A stretch of DNA of 26,074 nucleotides from Tubiluchus corallicola. Its lineage: Eukaryota; Animalia; Priapulida. The stretch covers positions 1-26,074 of the forward strand of contig JAQGDQ010001771.1 in the NCBI GenBank assembly GCA_030141605.1, written 5' to 3'. The notes under the pieces are model-generated. The model made no database searches, was not told where the DNA came from, and saw only the letters and a list, made by a program, of their open reading frames with translations. Positions 1 to 11,224 of this stretch are shown here, one piece after another. A program made the translations under genes and the position numbers. Numbering within the stretch: position 1 is the stretch's first letter; each line of letters starts with the position of its first letter.

Positions 1-1535
1 GTTAAAAATTTAAAGGAAAATCTAATACCTGTAGGTCAAAACAATCTACTCTTTAAAATATTGAAAGGAAACATACTGTTTTTTCTAAAATGACTTAAGT
101 AAAGGAATTATTACCACGCAAACACAGGTTCAAGGTTCGCGCCACTAGTTCTTCGAATTTACATGCATTTCGCCATTTGTTAGTTAGACAGGCACTAGCG
201 TCTGCATTTAGGAAACGCGTTGCACATAAAACAGGTGCTGTACTTCTCAGTTCAGATGTGTTAATTTGTGAAAACTACACGCATTTGACAGCTCATGCGT
301 GAGCACAGCCGTAAATTTTAAATTTGAATTTTATACTTAAAATTGCTTAGTTTTAGTACAACACACAGAATATCTTACAGTCGCACTGTACTTCACTTTT
401 CGCTTACGCAAACACGTACAATACGCTCGTGGAACATTTTTGCTGTTAAAAATTATGTTAGTTTGTGATGTTATCAATAGTTGGGCTAGCCCGCCGTTAA
501 TAACATTTTTAATCTACTATTAAATTTTAATAATCAGAAACGCGTTTGCAGTATCATGTTAAAATGCATGTATTTTGTCGGACTTGAAAATGGGTTAGTA
601 AACGAAAAATCATCCTGTCTTCCAGTAAGGTATAATTATAATTGAAATGGATACAAACACCAGTTTAACGTGTTCTCCAAAAATTTCTTTGTTCTGAAAT
701 ACAATTATTAACATTTAATTTAATTTGCATTTAGTGGAAGAGAATTAGTTGCATGATTAATGGTATGACTATAACTAAGAACTGATGTAAAATTACAAAG
801 ACTTACGGAGTTAATTATAACTTTAATAACGTTGTTAGAGCCTTTACAAACACACAAATGAGAACTCCAGTAACCTTAAGAACAATAATGTCACAACAAT
901 AAATTTGTAAGAAATTCACAGTCATAACAATGTGTATAAAAAGGAAGCGACGAAACTAGCCTATTGTTACGTATTTCGTTTTTGCGGTTAGCGTCTATGC
1001 AGGCGGCATCAAACGGCAAATCATTAAAAAATTTCGAGCAGCGCATTGACTGTAATAATAATCTTAAGTTCACCAATAATGTTGGCATATGCACATATTC
1101 GATAAGCCAATATCGCTTTTGCATTTTGAGAAGAATATCTCAATTAAAAGCAATTATTAGTTCAAAATAACTGAAAACATTTCATGAAAGGGAAAAAAGT
1201 GCAGCAATAAGTTTGTATTTTATACTTGCAAATGCCTCTTCAGTTTTCTTGTAAGCAAAATTTTATTGTTCTTTCTGAGGAAAGAGGCTAGCTGACTGCA
1301 TGATGGGCTGCCTACTATGTAAAAAAGTAATGCATTTTTCATTGATTTATTGATTTTTCTCTCCCTTCCTCTCTTTTTCTCTAAGAGAGAGACAAAGAGA
1401 GTGAGAGGGAGGGAGAGACACAGAGAGAGATCCTTCTTTTCCTTTTGCTGAAGATTCTGCCATTTGTCTCTTGGTCGTTTTACTCCAATGCAAGATAGCG
1501 AATTTGGCACATTAAAAATTGCACCCATTTACGTA

Positions 1536-1954
1536 CAAGCCCTATTGCAGGGGGGGGGGGAGAAGTGGGGATACTTCCCCGGGGGTTCAGCCTAACAGTT
1601 TTTGCTTTATGCGAACCTACGGCCTCCTCTCTCCCTCTCTTGCCGCACTCGCACCATTTGCCTTGTGCGGCTCGGTGGCGATGTTCAGCTGTTTTCAATT
1701 TTGGAATTTCTAACACCGGCTTGTACGGAAGTGAGAGTACGTTATTACATATTGCAAAGATGTTGTTTTTGATTTGACTATTTGACAAGTATTAAGGACT
1801 GGTCTTGAGAATAAAGCAGTTTTTCTTTCCTTTAACAACTGTATAACTCCATATTTTCTCCGGCATTCTAGCAGTTCAAAAATTTTCTGCCCTCCCCCCA
1901 TGGGCCTCACACGCCCCACTTCCCCGGGCCTCACTTAGGCTGAAATAGGCCCTG
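1536..1954. mobile_element. Candidate MITE / non-autonomous DNA transposon
   Basis: GC-richer island with imperfect terminal inverted repeats: CAAGCCCTATTGCAG at 1536 vs CTGAAATAGGCCCTG ending 1954 (rc CAGGGCCTATTTCAG, 12/15). G-run near the left end, C-runs near the right end. No TSD found. Confidence 0.4.
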
Positions 1955-2300
1955 TGTGTACTTCATGCTGGTTGTGTTTGTGGAACAGGTGCCGTTCGTT
2001 TACCTGCTGAATCAATGAGGCCATTCCATAGCGACGGTTTTATACCTGGCATTCAATGTACGGGCGAGACCATCACAATGTTGAAGGGTGGGGGTCGAAA
2101 ATAAATAGTATTTCGCTAACGTAACACTATAGGTCACGGGGGGGACGAACTCCAAAATAGCATGGTGGTCGTGATATTGCACATCATGAAGATCCATTTT
2201 TATAGTTGTATAATTGATTACTTAACTACAAACGTTTCTCTTAATTATAAATGTTATGCTAGTTAATTAAGCTAAAGTCTGTGAAATAATGGCATATACC

Positions 2301-2642
2301 TGTTATAGTAGGTCATTTAATTCACACAAAATAAAACACAAAAATTACACTGTACGGAGTTTACTACTAACACGTATAACAATAGGTGAACAAAATAAAC
2401 ACGCACAAAAAATAACCAAGTAAGTAACAGCACTACACCCGAGGAGTACCTGTTAGAAATCAAGGCTGTAGTGACATCTACACGCTTTTATACTGGCATT
2501 CCAGGTCAGCTGGCTTCTCACACCACGTGTAGGCCTAAACAAGACGTCTGGACCTACAAGGAAGAGGTGAGTCGCTGCTGACGTGGAAGCAGGGGGTGTA
2601 GAGGGGCCCGATACCTGACCCGACACAGGTGCCTCCGTAACA
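2301..2642 (-). mobile_element. Candidate lone LTR (342 bp, Gypsy-like layout)
   Basis: Minus strand reads TGTTACGG...TATAAA (~2487-2492)...ATTAAA...CTATAACA, with TGTTA/TAACA termini. Flanks ATACC vs ATATT match only 3/5, so no clean TSD. Confidence 0.4.
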
Positions 2643-4435
2643 ATATTATTGTTTTCATATAAACGGTAATTGATGATTAATTAATTTGTTGTAGAGTTCC
2701 CCATGGTGTAATATTACACAGTAAATTCAACTGCATGTCTGGAAGTTGCTAAAACTAATTAAGGGTGTAATTATATCAAGAAGTTTGGGCTTCACGAATC
2801 CCCCCCCCCCAAAGAAGTCAAGATGATGATGTATATTCTTATAACCGCAGGCACTGGTTTGTGGTAGAAGCCTAGCTAGGGTAGAGAGAGTGTGTAGTTG
2901 TTGACTTGATATGTTAAAGACAGAGTAATAATGACAGATGTCACTACGCTGACCTGTCACTATGGAGATTGGCCTTTAGATACAGTAATATAAGACACAC
3001 ACAAATCTACTGATTGGCTAGAGGTTCTACCATACTTCCGGTGGTAAGGCCAGTGACTCCCAACTCTTAAGGTTTGTAATCTCTCGCCTGCAGAGCACAG
3101 GAAGTTACCCTTTACAAGGCGGCGGGTGTTCACAAAGCACAGATCCAAGCAGACATCGCAGAGTTTACATAAGTATTATTACAAGTTAATAATATTGAAA
3201 TGCTTGTCCTGTTGCTACAGAAAAAGTGTTTGCTACGCCTCATGAATAAAACTAAAATGAGAGTTATGGCAATCGGAAAAGATCTTTTGCTTATACAAAA
3301 GTCTAAACAACAACTTAGTTACATCATAGTAATATTCACTTTGAGTAACACCTAATCAAATTAATTGCCAAGATATTGTAACATGGTACCATAGTTGTTC
3401 AAACTTCAAATTGCCCTTTTTTCTTTGATCATGAGACGGATATAAGATATAAAAGCAATGATAATTTGATTTTTCACTCCATGATTGTGTAATTTGCTCA
3501 ATGTTTATTATCCATTTCTCTAATCCAAACGTGGCATTCAACCTAAAAGTAATGAAAATTTTATGCACAAATTTTATGCAAAGTGACCAAATGCAAGAGA
3601 AGCAAATATTGCCAAAATTTTAGCATAATTCATTATTCACCTTTGCTCCAGCAACAAAGATCAAATTTCAAGATTGGAGGTTCCATTTTCGCTTGGAAAA
3701 CTGCTGACGCAAGGCCATTATTCTGACGTCATCCATTGTAGTCGGCTTATAACCTTACAACTTTAATTCAGTAAAAGCTACTGGCTTTGCGTTATAAATG
3801 AGGACTATGTGGGGTGCTCGCGTATTTTTTATTATAAGCGCAAAATCTTTTGCGGGGCCGTTGCTAGTCTTTTTGTTATAAAATCATCGGTTTTCAACAA
3901 CACGTGATCAAGTTTCGGTAAATGCAACCTCAGTATACGTTCCTAGTAAATTCAACTTTGACATGAAACTGAATGAATGCATTAAGCAGCTGGATTTACA
4001 AACCGAAAAGTAAGTGACGTTTTCCGTGTTACTGCAGTGTGTGTTGTCTATGACTACAGACGCAAAGCCAAGATCTTAACATCTGCTAAGCTGCTTGTGA
4101 AAAGTTTTTACTTAAAATGCAATAATTATTACGTTCGCATAGTTAAGTTCAAGATATTACATTATATTCGTATTGCAATTCTAAAAATTATCTATTCGTG
4201 TTTTGGTACGTTGACTTATTTGCATTTTAAAAAAACTTGTAGATTTTGCCAAAACATATAAACACAGTTTTCTAAGCTTTTATATCATATATAGTTCGGT
4301 GTTTATATGTGGCAATTACGGTATATTTAAAAATCTTGGTAAAATTACGATGCTTACATTAATTTATATACATTAGGTTATTTATATATGTATGTATATA
4401 TAAATATGTATGTATTTACTGTTGTATACAATGTC

Positions 4436-4438
<3 letters not shown>

Positions 4439-4505
<67 letters not shown>

Positions 4506-4544
4506 GTGTGTGTGCGTTTGTGTGTGTGCGTGCGTGTGTGTGTG
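4439..4544. repeat. (TG)n microsatellite with a few CG/TT interruptions
   Basis: Directly visible dinucleotide run of ~106 bp, preceded by a TA/TATG-rich tract. Confidence 0.98.
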
Positions 4545-5502
4545 TTTTGTTCAGTTTGTCTGTCTGCATGTTGTAACCTGTGCTACCTAATAAAAAATCT
4601 CCAACAACATAATTGAGTAGCTTGTATCGTTTAATCTGAAAACAAATAATATAATTTTGCTCAATTTTACGACGAAATGTAAACCAAATTGATATAATAA
4701 ACTTTAACAAACATTTACGCAAATTATAAAATCTAAGCTCTAGTCTTTTTAATAAACAAAGATTCAAGCTTTAAGAAATTAATAAATCAACTTACATGTT
4801 GATGTTCTATAAGTGCAATTATGAAATTATAACAACAAATCAATGAATGTCGCTAAACAATCTAAAACCACAGTGTGTGAACGCCTGAGTTCCTCCAATC
4901 TACAGGTAAGGGTACAGGTAGACTGGTCACATGACCTGTTTAAAAGGAAACCAGTTTATAACAGAAAACAGCAACACAAGTTTAAATCAGCACATAACCC
5001 AATAAAAATGATGAACACTTTGATACAGGCAGGTTTATTTCTTTATTGTCAAAAAAAATGAAGCAGTGAAGCTGGTGTAGAGGGGGGGTAGGTTTCAACA
5101 TAAATTGCAGTCTGAAATAAAAGTAAAAGCAACATTTAGGGAAGTTTAACTTAATAATTCACTTAAGTTTAACACACTATAAAAGCAAAATTAAAGCACT
5201 AACCTCTCAGTTTAGCAAATCAGAAAACACCACAAGAATATAATTTAAAGCAACATACCTTGACAAACTACATTATGAAATTCACCAATTACATTATTCA
5301 CCAGCAGACTATGAGACCTGAACTACTACTGACCAACACACAATAGCCAGGACTCCTGGTAAATTAATTTTACAGCCAAAAGATGGCAGCACCTCCCCAA
5401 GATACTACAAGTTTCTGTTAAATCTAAGTCTTAAAAAAACATTCATTATGACACAACTGCATAACAAAAAGTATATCATCAAATTGTTTCCTAAACAATA
5501 CA
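4543..5502 (-). repeat. 3' LTR of the BEL/Pao element (interrupted by insert 4579-4994)
   Basis: Aligns to 10649-11224 once the insert is removed. Begins TGTATTGTTTAGG on the minus strand immediately after the PPT. Confidence 0.92.
4579..4994. mobile_element. Nested 416-bp solo LTR of an unrelated family
   Basis: Termini TGTGCT...AGCACA (6-bp perfect inverted) flanked by 5-bp TSD TAACC (4574-4578 and 4995-4999). The other LTR has the empty site with a single TAACC. Confidence 0.85.
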
Positions 5503-5511
5503 CCCCCAAAA
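5503..5511 (-). other. Polypurine tract (TTTTGGGGG) adjoining the 3' LTR
   Basis: GGGGG directly precedes the TG of the 3' LTR, ~25 nt after the integrase stop at 5533. Confidence 0.75.
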
Positions 5512-5532
5512 TGAAAAAAACGCGGTGCTCCT

Positions 5533-6841
5533 TTAAATCTCCCAACCATCTGCAGGAACAAGAACAACCAACTGCTGGACTGGCCATATCACCCTTGCAT
5601 ATGTTGCACCACTATAGTTCCTAGCATCCTCATCTGGTTTGATATTTTTGTATTTGACGATGCAATGATGAACATTTCCATCTGATCCAGGAAACACCTC
5701 ATCCACCATTGCCAAGTGATACTCTCCTCGCAGAGTATGGGTGTCAGCAACAAACACAACATCTCCTACTTGAATGTTTCCTCTCTCTATGATGCCACTT
5801 CTGACGAACTACAATGGCCTGTGCACAGTCTCTGCTCCACCTGCGCCAAAACGTGTCGACAATTGTCTGAATTACTCTAAAGCGATCTCTGTACGATGCC
5901 TTGTAGTTCCACGGACTTGGAGGTATGTTCACAGAGCTGCGACCAAGCAACATATCATTCGGTGTCAAAGCATTGATATACTTCTCCTCTGAAATATGCA
6001 CATGAAGAGGTCGCAGGTTTACTAGTTGCATCACTTCGTAAAGGACAGTTTGTAACTCGGAATAGCTCATGAGTGCACATCCTACTGCCAGTGAAATCGC
6101 CCTTTTTGCCGTATGAATCAACTTCTCTGTTGTCCCCTGCCACCATGGAGCATGTGCAGGGCTAAACTCCCAAGCAAATCCATTTGAAGCACTGAATGTG
6201 GACACATCTTTTCCAGCTAGCTGAGGATGCATTTCCAACAATTCTTTGCCTGCTGCTCTTAGCTGTGAAGCAGCATCACTGAACATTTTTGTTGGCCAGC
6301 CTCTGCTTACACCAAACCGACGGAGACATGAAAGAAAACAGCCAGTGGAGTAACTGTTCGCAAGTTCTATGTGGACAGCCTTTGTTATTAAACACAAACA
6401 GAACTCCATATGCCTTCCCAGTTACCCTAAATGGACCAAACAAATCAACTCCTGTACTTGTCCAAGGTGGAGCTGGCTTAAGCTTTTCTTCTGGAAGAGG
6501 GCCCATTAGCTGTTTCGCTGCTCTGACATCAACACGTCTACAAATAGTACATCTGTGCTTGACACTTTTGGCCAATTGTGTTCCACGGGGAACCCAGTAC
6601 TTCCTGCAAAACTTTTCCAGAGTTTCAGCAACCCTTGAGCATGAGCTTCAGCCATGAAAAGGCGTGTCAATGGATGTCCGTATGGTAAAATAATAGGTAG
6701 CTGGTTGTCCCACGTGAAAATGACATAACACTGCATCCTACTACCAACCACCCAAAATCCGTCACTGTTCTTCATTGGTGCTAACTTCGTGAATCTACCA
6801 GTGGGTTTACCATCTTTATCTGGTGCCGATTTCTCTAACTC
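5533..6841 (-). pseudogene. BEL/Pao integrase region, frameshifted (zinc-binding region, DDE core, DUF5641-like C-terminus)
   Basis: Fragments in ORFs 6506-6775, 6276-6575, 5744-6409 and 5533-5757: LPIILPYGHPLT, CTICRR...QLMGPLP, PPWTSTGVDLFGP, AVHIELANSYST, MFSDAASQL, PAHAPWWQGTTEKLI, LTPNDMLLGR, FWRRWS, RQKWH, PVQQLVVLVP. Confidence 0.93.
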
Positions 6842-8300
6842 TTACTCAATTGTGTCCTGAGCTTCTTTGATGACACGTCTCCTTACTGCTTCGAACTTCT
6901 CAGCTGTTACCATTACTGAACCACTGGAAAAATGGCGTTTACCATCACCACACGGTTTCACTATTTGCAACACTCTTGCGACTGAGTGAAGTAGCCTATT
7001 AACTTTGCTAAACCCGGATACATCAAATACTGACTCGTTCTCCTTGACAGAAACTACTCCAACTGCTGTGATGTCTGATAGTTCATCCTCACTGACTGAA
7101 GCAGGTGATACAGGCCATTCACTCCTTGGTAAACTCAGAAAATGTGGTCCATTTACCCATTCATCACTTGCTAAATCTGATGGCCTTTTCCCACGTGTCA
7201 CCCAGTCTGCAATATTATGAGATCCAACCATCCACATCCACTCATCAAGTTTCCCTTCTTCATAAAGTTTAGATGCAGATTGTATTTCTCCAACACGCAC
7301 TCCCACATAGCGATCAAATCTACTGCTTGTTTTTGTAGCATCCCCAAAACTGTTTTCGAGTCAATGAGATGCAAAACCTCTGTGAAATTGTATCGCATTT
7401 CAGTTTCAATGAATTTCCTTATTCGTTTGCCCACTAGAGCAGCATTTAGTTCAAGTCTTGGGATATCATCAACATATGTTGAATCTTTTATGACCTTTGC
7501 TGCCTGTGGATGTGAGCTTTGGAACATTTCAGCAGTCATATACAATGCTTCAGTGGCAATCGCTCCCGCCGGACGGTCGCCAATATTTACAACAGTAATG
7601 ATGTATACATCTGGTGCCCTATTTTCATCACAATCTAGCCAAAGAAATCTGTGGCAGTGCTGATCATTGACATCCATTTCAACTGAGTTGTACATCTTCC
7701 AAATGTCCCTTGAATAGCAAAAGAGTGCTCTCGAAACCTGCAAAACACGCGAAGCAAATTATTAAGGTAATTGTCTGGTCCTTTAGTGAAATGTTACCCT
7801 TGGGTTTTCTACTGCTGTTGAGAACGATTTGCACGGGTGTTGACTGACTCTTAGGGTTAAGTGCAGCTAAGTGGCATAAATAGAAAACTGGCCCTTTCCA
7901 GTTATCAATCTCGGCTTGACTAAGTTTGCGTGCAGCACCTTGATCGACCATGTCTTGTATCTGACAAGAATACACAGCACCCCATTCTGCATTTTTTGCC
8001 AAACTTGACTCACACGACTGTAAAGCTGACAGAGCTTGGTGATAGTTATCAAGCAACTGCGATCTGTTCACTATCCAAGGATACTTTGAAATCCAGACCT
8101 GGCGATCTATATCGTAGCTGAGTCCTTCACGGATCAAGCGTAGCTCACTTTCTTCCCGGAAACTGTAGGTATGCCCGGGTATAGGGCACTTACCACACCG
8201 GCATGCCCCACATTTCGGCACAATCTGAGTTCCGAGTGCTTCAGCTGCAAAGAAGGTGTCACAGTTATCTTCTGTATCAACTGAAAATGATTACAGAACC
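6842..8300 (-). pseudogene. BEL/Pao reverse transcriptase-RNase H region, frameshifted and internally deleted
   Basis: PKCGACRCGKCP, YPW, KSQSTPVQIV, DIWKMYN, HRFLW, GDRPAG, YVDD, IPRLEL, IDSKTVL, RVGEIQ, NIADWVTRG, WVNGPHFL...EWP. Confidence 0.93.
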
Positions 8301-8346
8301 TACTGCTTTACCACTAGGCACTCCTGTGGATTGAGCTGTGGATGAC

Positions 8347-10620
8347 TTAAAACTTCAGTACTGAAATTAGAGACCTTTGCATGAAAAATAGCTTCTTTCC
8401 AGCATCCATTTGGATGAGATCCAGCCAAACACCTACCAAACATATTTTCCATAATGAAAAGATGAGCGCCATCTGATCTGATTGGTTGAGGTTGCCATCC
8501 AGCTTTAAAATTGCCAAGTAAAAGCTCAACTGTGCCACTCGGACGCTTAAGGTCCCCAATTGAAATCCCTTAAAAAATACACTTCTCCACTGTCATGTCG
8601 ACTGGAGAAATGCTTCCAGTTATTGAATCCAAGTCGTATGCCAAAAAGGTATGACGTTGGTTATCTTTAGTGTGTATAACGTCACGATAATGGATTCTAC
8701 ATGTCCTTGCGAAGTGTTAACATCAATTATTTCACTTTTCCCAAGGAACTTATTCTGCTTTGCACAGGCATGTGTTATAAACATCCCAGAACTTCCTGAA
8801 TCAAAGAAAGCATTGATTTTACTGCCCCGTCTTGGTTCCTGAATCTCCATTATATGAAGTAATGTTGTTGAATCAGTACCAGCATTATCCGTTACTGTAG
8901 CTGATGTAACCTCCTTAGCATCCAAACAATTTGAAATAGTTGTTGAATCAACCACTTCAACATTTGATTTTGAAACACTACTAGGCCCAGATTGCATCTC
9001 TTTGGAGCAGAGCATTGTATGGTGACTTCCATTCTGACACTTCTTGCACTTTGCTGTGCCCTTGCATACTACTGCCACATGATTCCCAAAGCAGATATAA
9101 CAAGCACCATGCCTCTTTATTACATATCGTCTTTGATTAACAGTCATATTTTTGAACTTTTCACAATCCCTGTTTAAATGGTCATTTACTTCGCATGTGC
9201 TGCACTTGAAGTAAGGTCTTTTGTCACCCATCCTCCCGTTTGCTTTACATTCAGGAGCAAAATGTCCTTGTTTGCCACATTTGAAACAGCTTTTTAACTT
9301 AGCAATGCCACCTGTCCCAAAGGCTTCAGGTTGAATGTCCTGATAATGGCTACTGACACTGCCAAATTGCTTTCGTACACCTGCAGTTAAATACTCTACG
9401 TGCTCCTTTTCCATTAACAAAAATGGTAAAAGAAGCTTGAAAGGCTCCAGTCTCTCCTCATCACTCTTGCTGATGATGTGCGTTGCCCATTCATTACGAA
9501 TATCTTCCGGTAACCTGCGCTCAATTACAGCTAATGCCCCCGCATTGCTAATTTCCTGCAACATACCTAGTGACTTTAGTTTCGTACTGGCTTTCTCTAT
9601 CCTGTCGACAAACTTGATGAAACCAACATGGTTGCCAGAAGATAAAGGTTTGACATCTCTGATTTCTGCCATGATGCTTTCGGTGACTTTCTTTCTATCT
9701 CCATATTTTCTTTCAAGGCGTTTAATCATTTCAGCGTAGTTGTTATTATACTCAGCTACTACATCCGCTGCCTCTCCACTTAGTTTCTCATTCAATATGG
9801 CGGCCCAAAATTCACTGGAAAATGTTTCTCGACAATCTTCCTCCAATTTGTGATGAACGTCGTCCATTCACTGTAGCCACCACGAAAACCGGGAATGGGT
9901 ATTGCTTCCAATTTTGCTCTACCAGATGCTTGCTCATTTCCAGTGTTGTTTGACATGCCAGATGCATGATTGTTTTGCGATGATTGAGAACCAATATAGT
10001 TCATTGCTTTGTCACTTATCTCTTTAACAATTGTCTCTACGTCACTGAATCTTCGATCTTCTTCAGATAGTCAACAAGCAAGGAAGCATATTTGGTGAAT
10101 GATAACCTCACCTTTTCCAACAATGTGTGAATTTCTAACCGACAACTCTCCAGGACCTGAATTGCTGTATCTCCGCTCTCAGGCCTCTTTTTCTGATTTT
10201 CAATATGTCAATGCAATAAATGAATCAGTGTATTAAAATCTATTTTGTGCCACCTGATGATTTTTTCCTCTTCCTTTGTTGCTTTAGCTTCATCATCCTT
10301 CTCTTTCTTGAGTTCTTCAACTCGCCTGATTCTCCGCTTGTAGTCCTTAACTGATGCAAAAACGTTGTCTGCTCTTGAATATTTTTGCTCCATGTATTGA
10401 GAAGCCTTGTCTTCATCCACATTCTGCTGTTCTTGTTTGCATGAATTTAAGAATTCAATGTGGCATGCTTCCAAATGATTGAGTGCAGCCTCCACAGCTT
10501 CCACCAGGCGATTAACTTCCTGCACACTGTCTCCCTCTTTAATTAAATTTTGAAGCCTTCTCAGTACACTTGTCAGAGCTGACTTTGCAACAGTTCTCCT
10601 TGTCTTTTTATCCGAAGCTG
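8347..10620 (-). pseudogene. BEL/Pao gag and aspartic protease, broken by frameshifts/stops, no ATG seen
   Basis: Coiled-coil N-terminus (KTRRTVAKSALTSVLRRL...), KLEAIPIPGFRGGYSEWTTF (DUF1759-like), LERKYGD, IERRLP, four Cys/His motifs and FFDSGSSGMFI in ORF 8620-9867. Confidence 0.9.
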
Positions 10621-10648
10621 AATTGAAAGTGCTGAATTTATGTTGAAA

Positions 10649-11224
10649 TGTTTTGTTCAGTTTGTCTGTCTGCAGGTTGTAACCAAATTAAAATGATGAA
10701 CACTTTGATACAGGCAGGCTGATTCCTTTATTGTCAAGAAAAAGAAGTGAAGCTGGTGTAGAGGGGGTAGATTTCAACATAAATTGCAGTCTGAAATAAA
10801 AGTAAATAGCAACATTTAAAACTTAATAATTAACGTAAGTTTAACATACTATAACAAAAATTAAAGCACTAACCTCATTTTATCAAATCAAAAAAAGCAA
10901 CATACCTTGACAAACTATATTATGAAATTCGAAATTTGAACTTCACCAGCAGACTATGAGACCTGAACTACTACTGCCCAACATACAATAGCCAGAACTC
11001 CTGTTACAACTCATTAACTTTAGTTGAAACCCAGTAAATGGTATGTAAATAGATTGTACAGTAAACAGTTTAAGAAATAGGTAAATTAATTTTACAGCCA
11101 AAAGATGGCAGCACCTCCCTAAGATTCTACAAGTTTCTGTTAAATCTAAGTCTTAAAAAAACATTCATTATGGCACAACTGCATAACAAAAAGTATATCA
11201 TCAAATTGTTTCCTAAACAATACA
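10649..11224 (-). repeat. 5' LTR of the BEL/Pao element (576 bp)
   Basis: TG..CA termini with 8/9 inverted match and AATAAA on the minus strand at ~10727-10732. An alternative inner end at 10641 (..TTTCAACA) cannot be excluded. Confidence 0.9.

Larger units (their letters stand above)
4543..11224 (-). mobile_element. Degenerate BEL/Pao LTR retrotransposon
   Basis: Two homologous LTRs (4543-5502, 10649-11224) with TGTATTGTT...AACAAAACA termini. G-run PPT before the 3' LTR. Internal Gag (KLxxxxIPxFxG motif, Cys/His knuckles), protease DSG, RT YVDD, RNase H IPRLEL and integrase DLFGP/AVHIE/APWWQG, in BEL/Pao order. Confidence 0.95.

Noticed and set aside
891-1528. Short ORFs at the window start as host exons
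   Set aside because: Mostly non-ATG starts, low-complexity composition and no recognisable domain; small exons cannot be excluded without expression data.
3700-4030. TGACGTCA/TGACG motifs as a CRE-type promoter
   Set aside because: Short motifs with no associated gene or transcript evidence.
4538-4542. TSD for the BEL element
   Set aside because: Left flank GTGTG does not match right flank CTATC.
4378-4767. ORFs with HT/CV repeats
   Set aside because: Artefacts of the stop-free (TG)n microsatellite.
5503-5540. env-like ORF between integrase and the 3' LTR
   Set aside because: Only ~30 bp separate the integrase stop from the LTR.
5774-9739. Plus-strand ORFs over the retrotransposon
   Set aside because: Antisense shadows of minus-strand gag-pol with no recognisable motifs.
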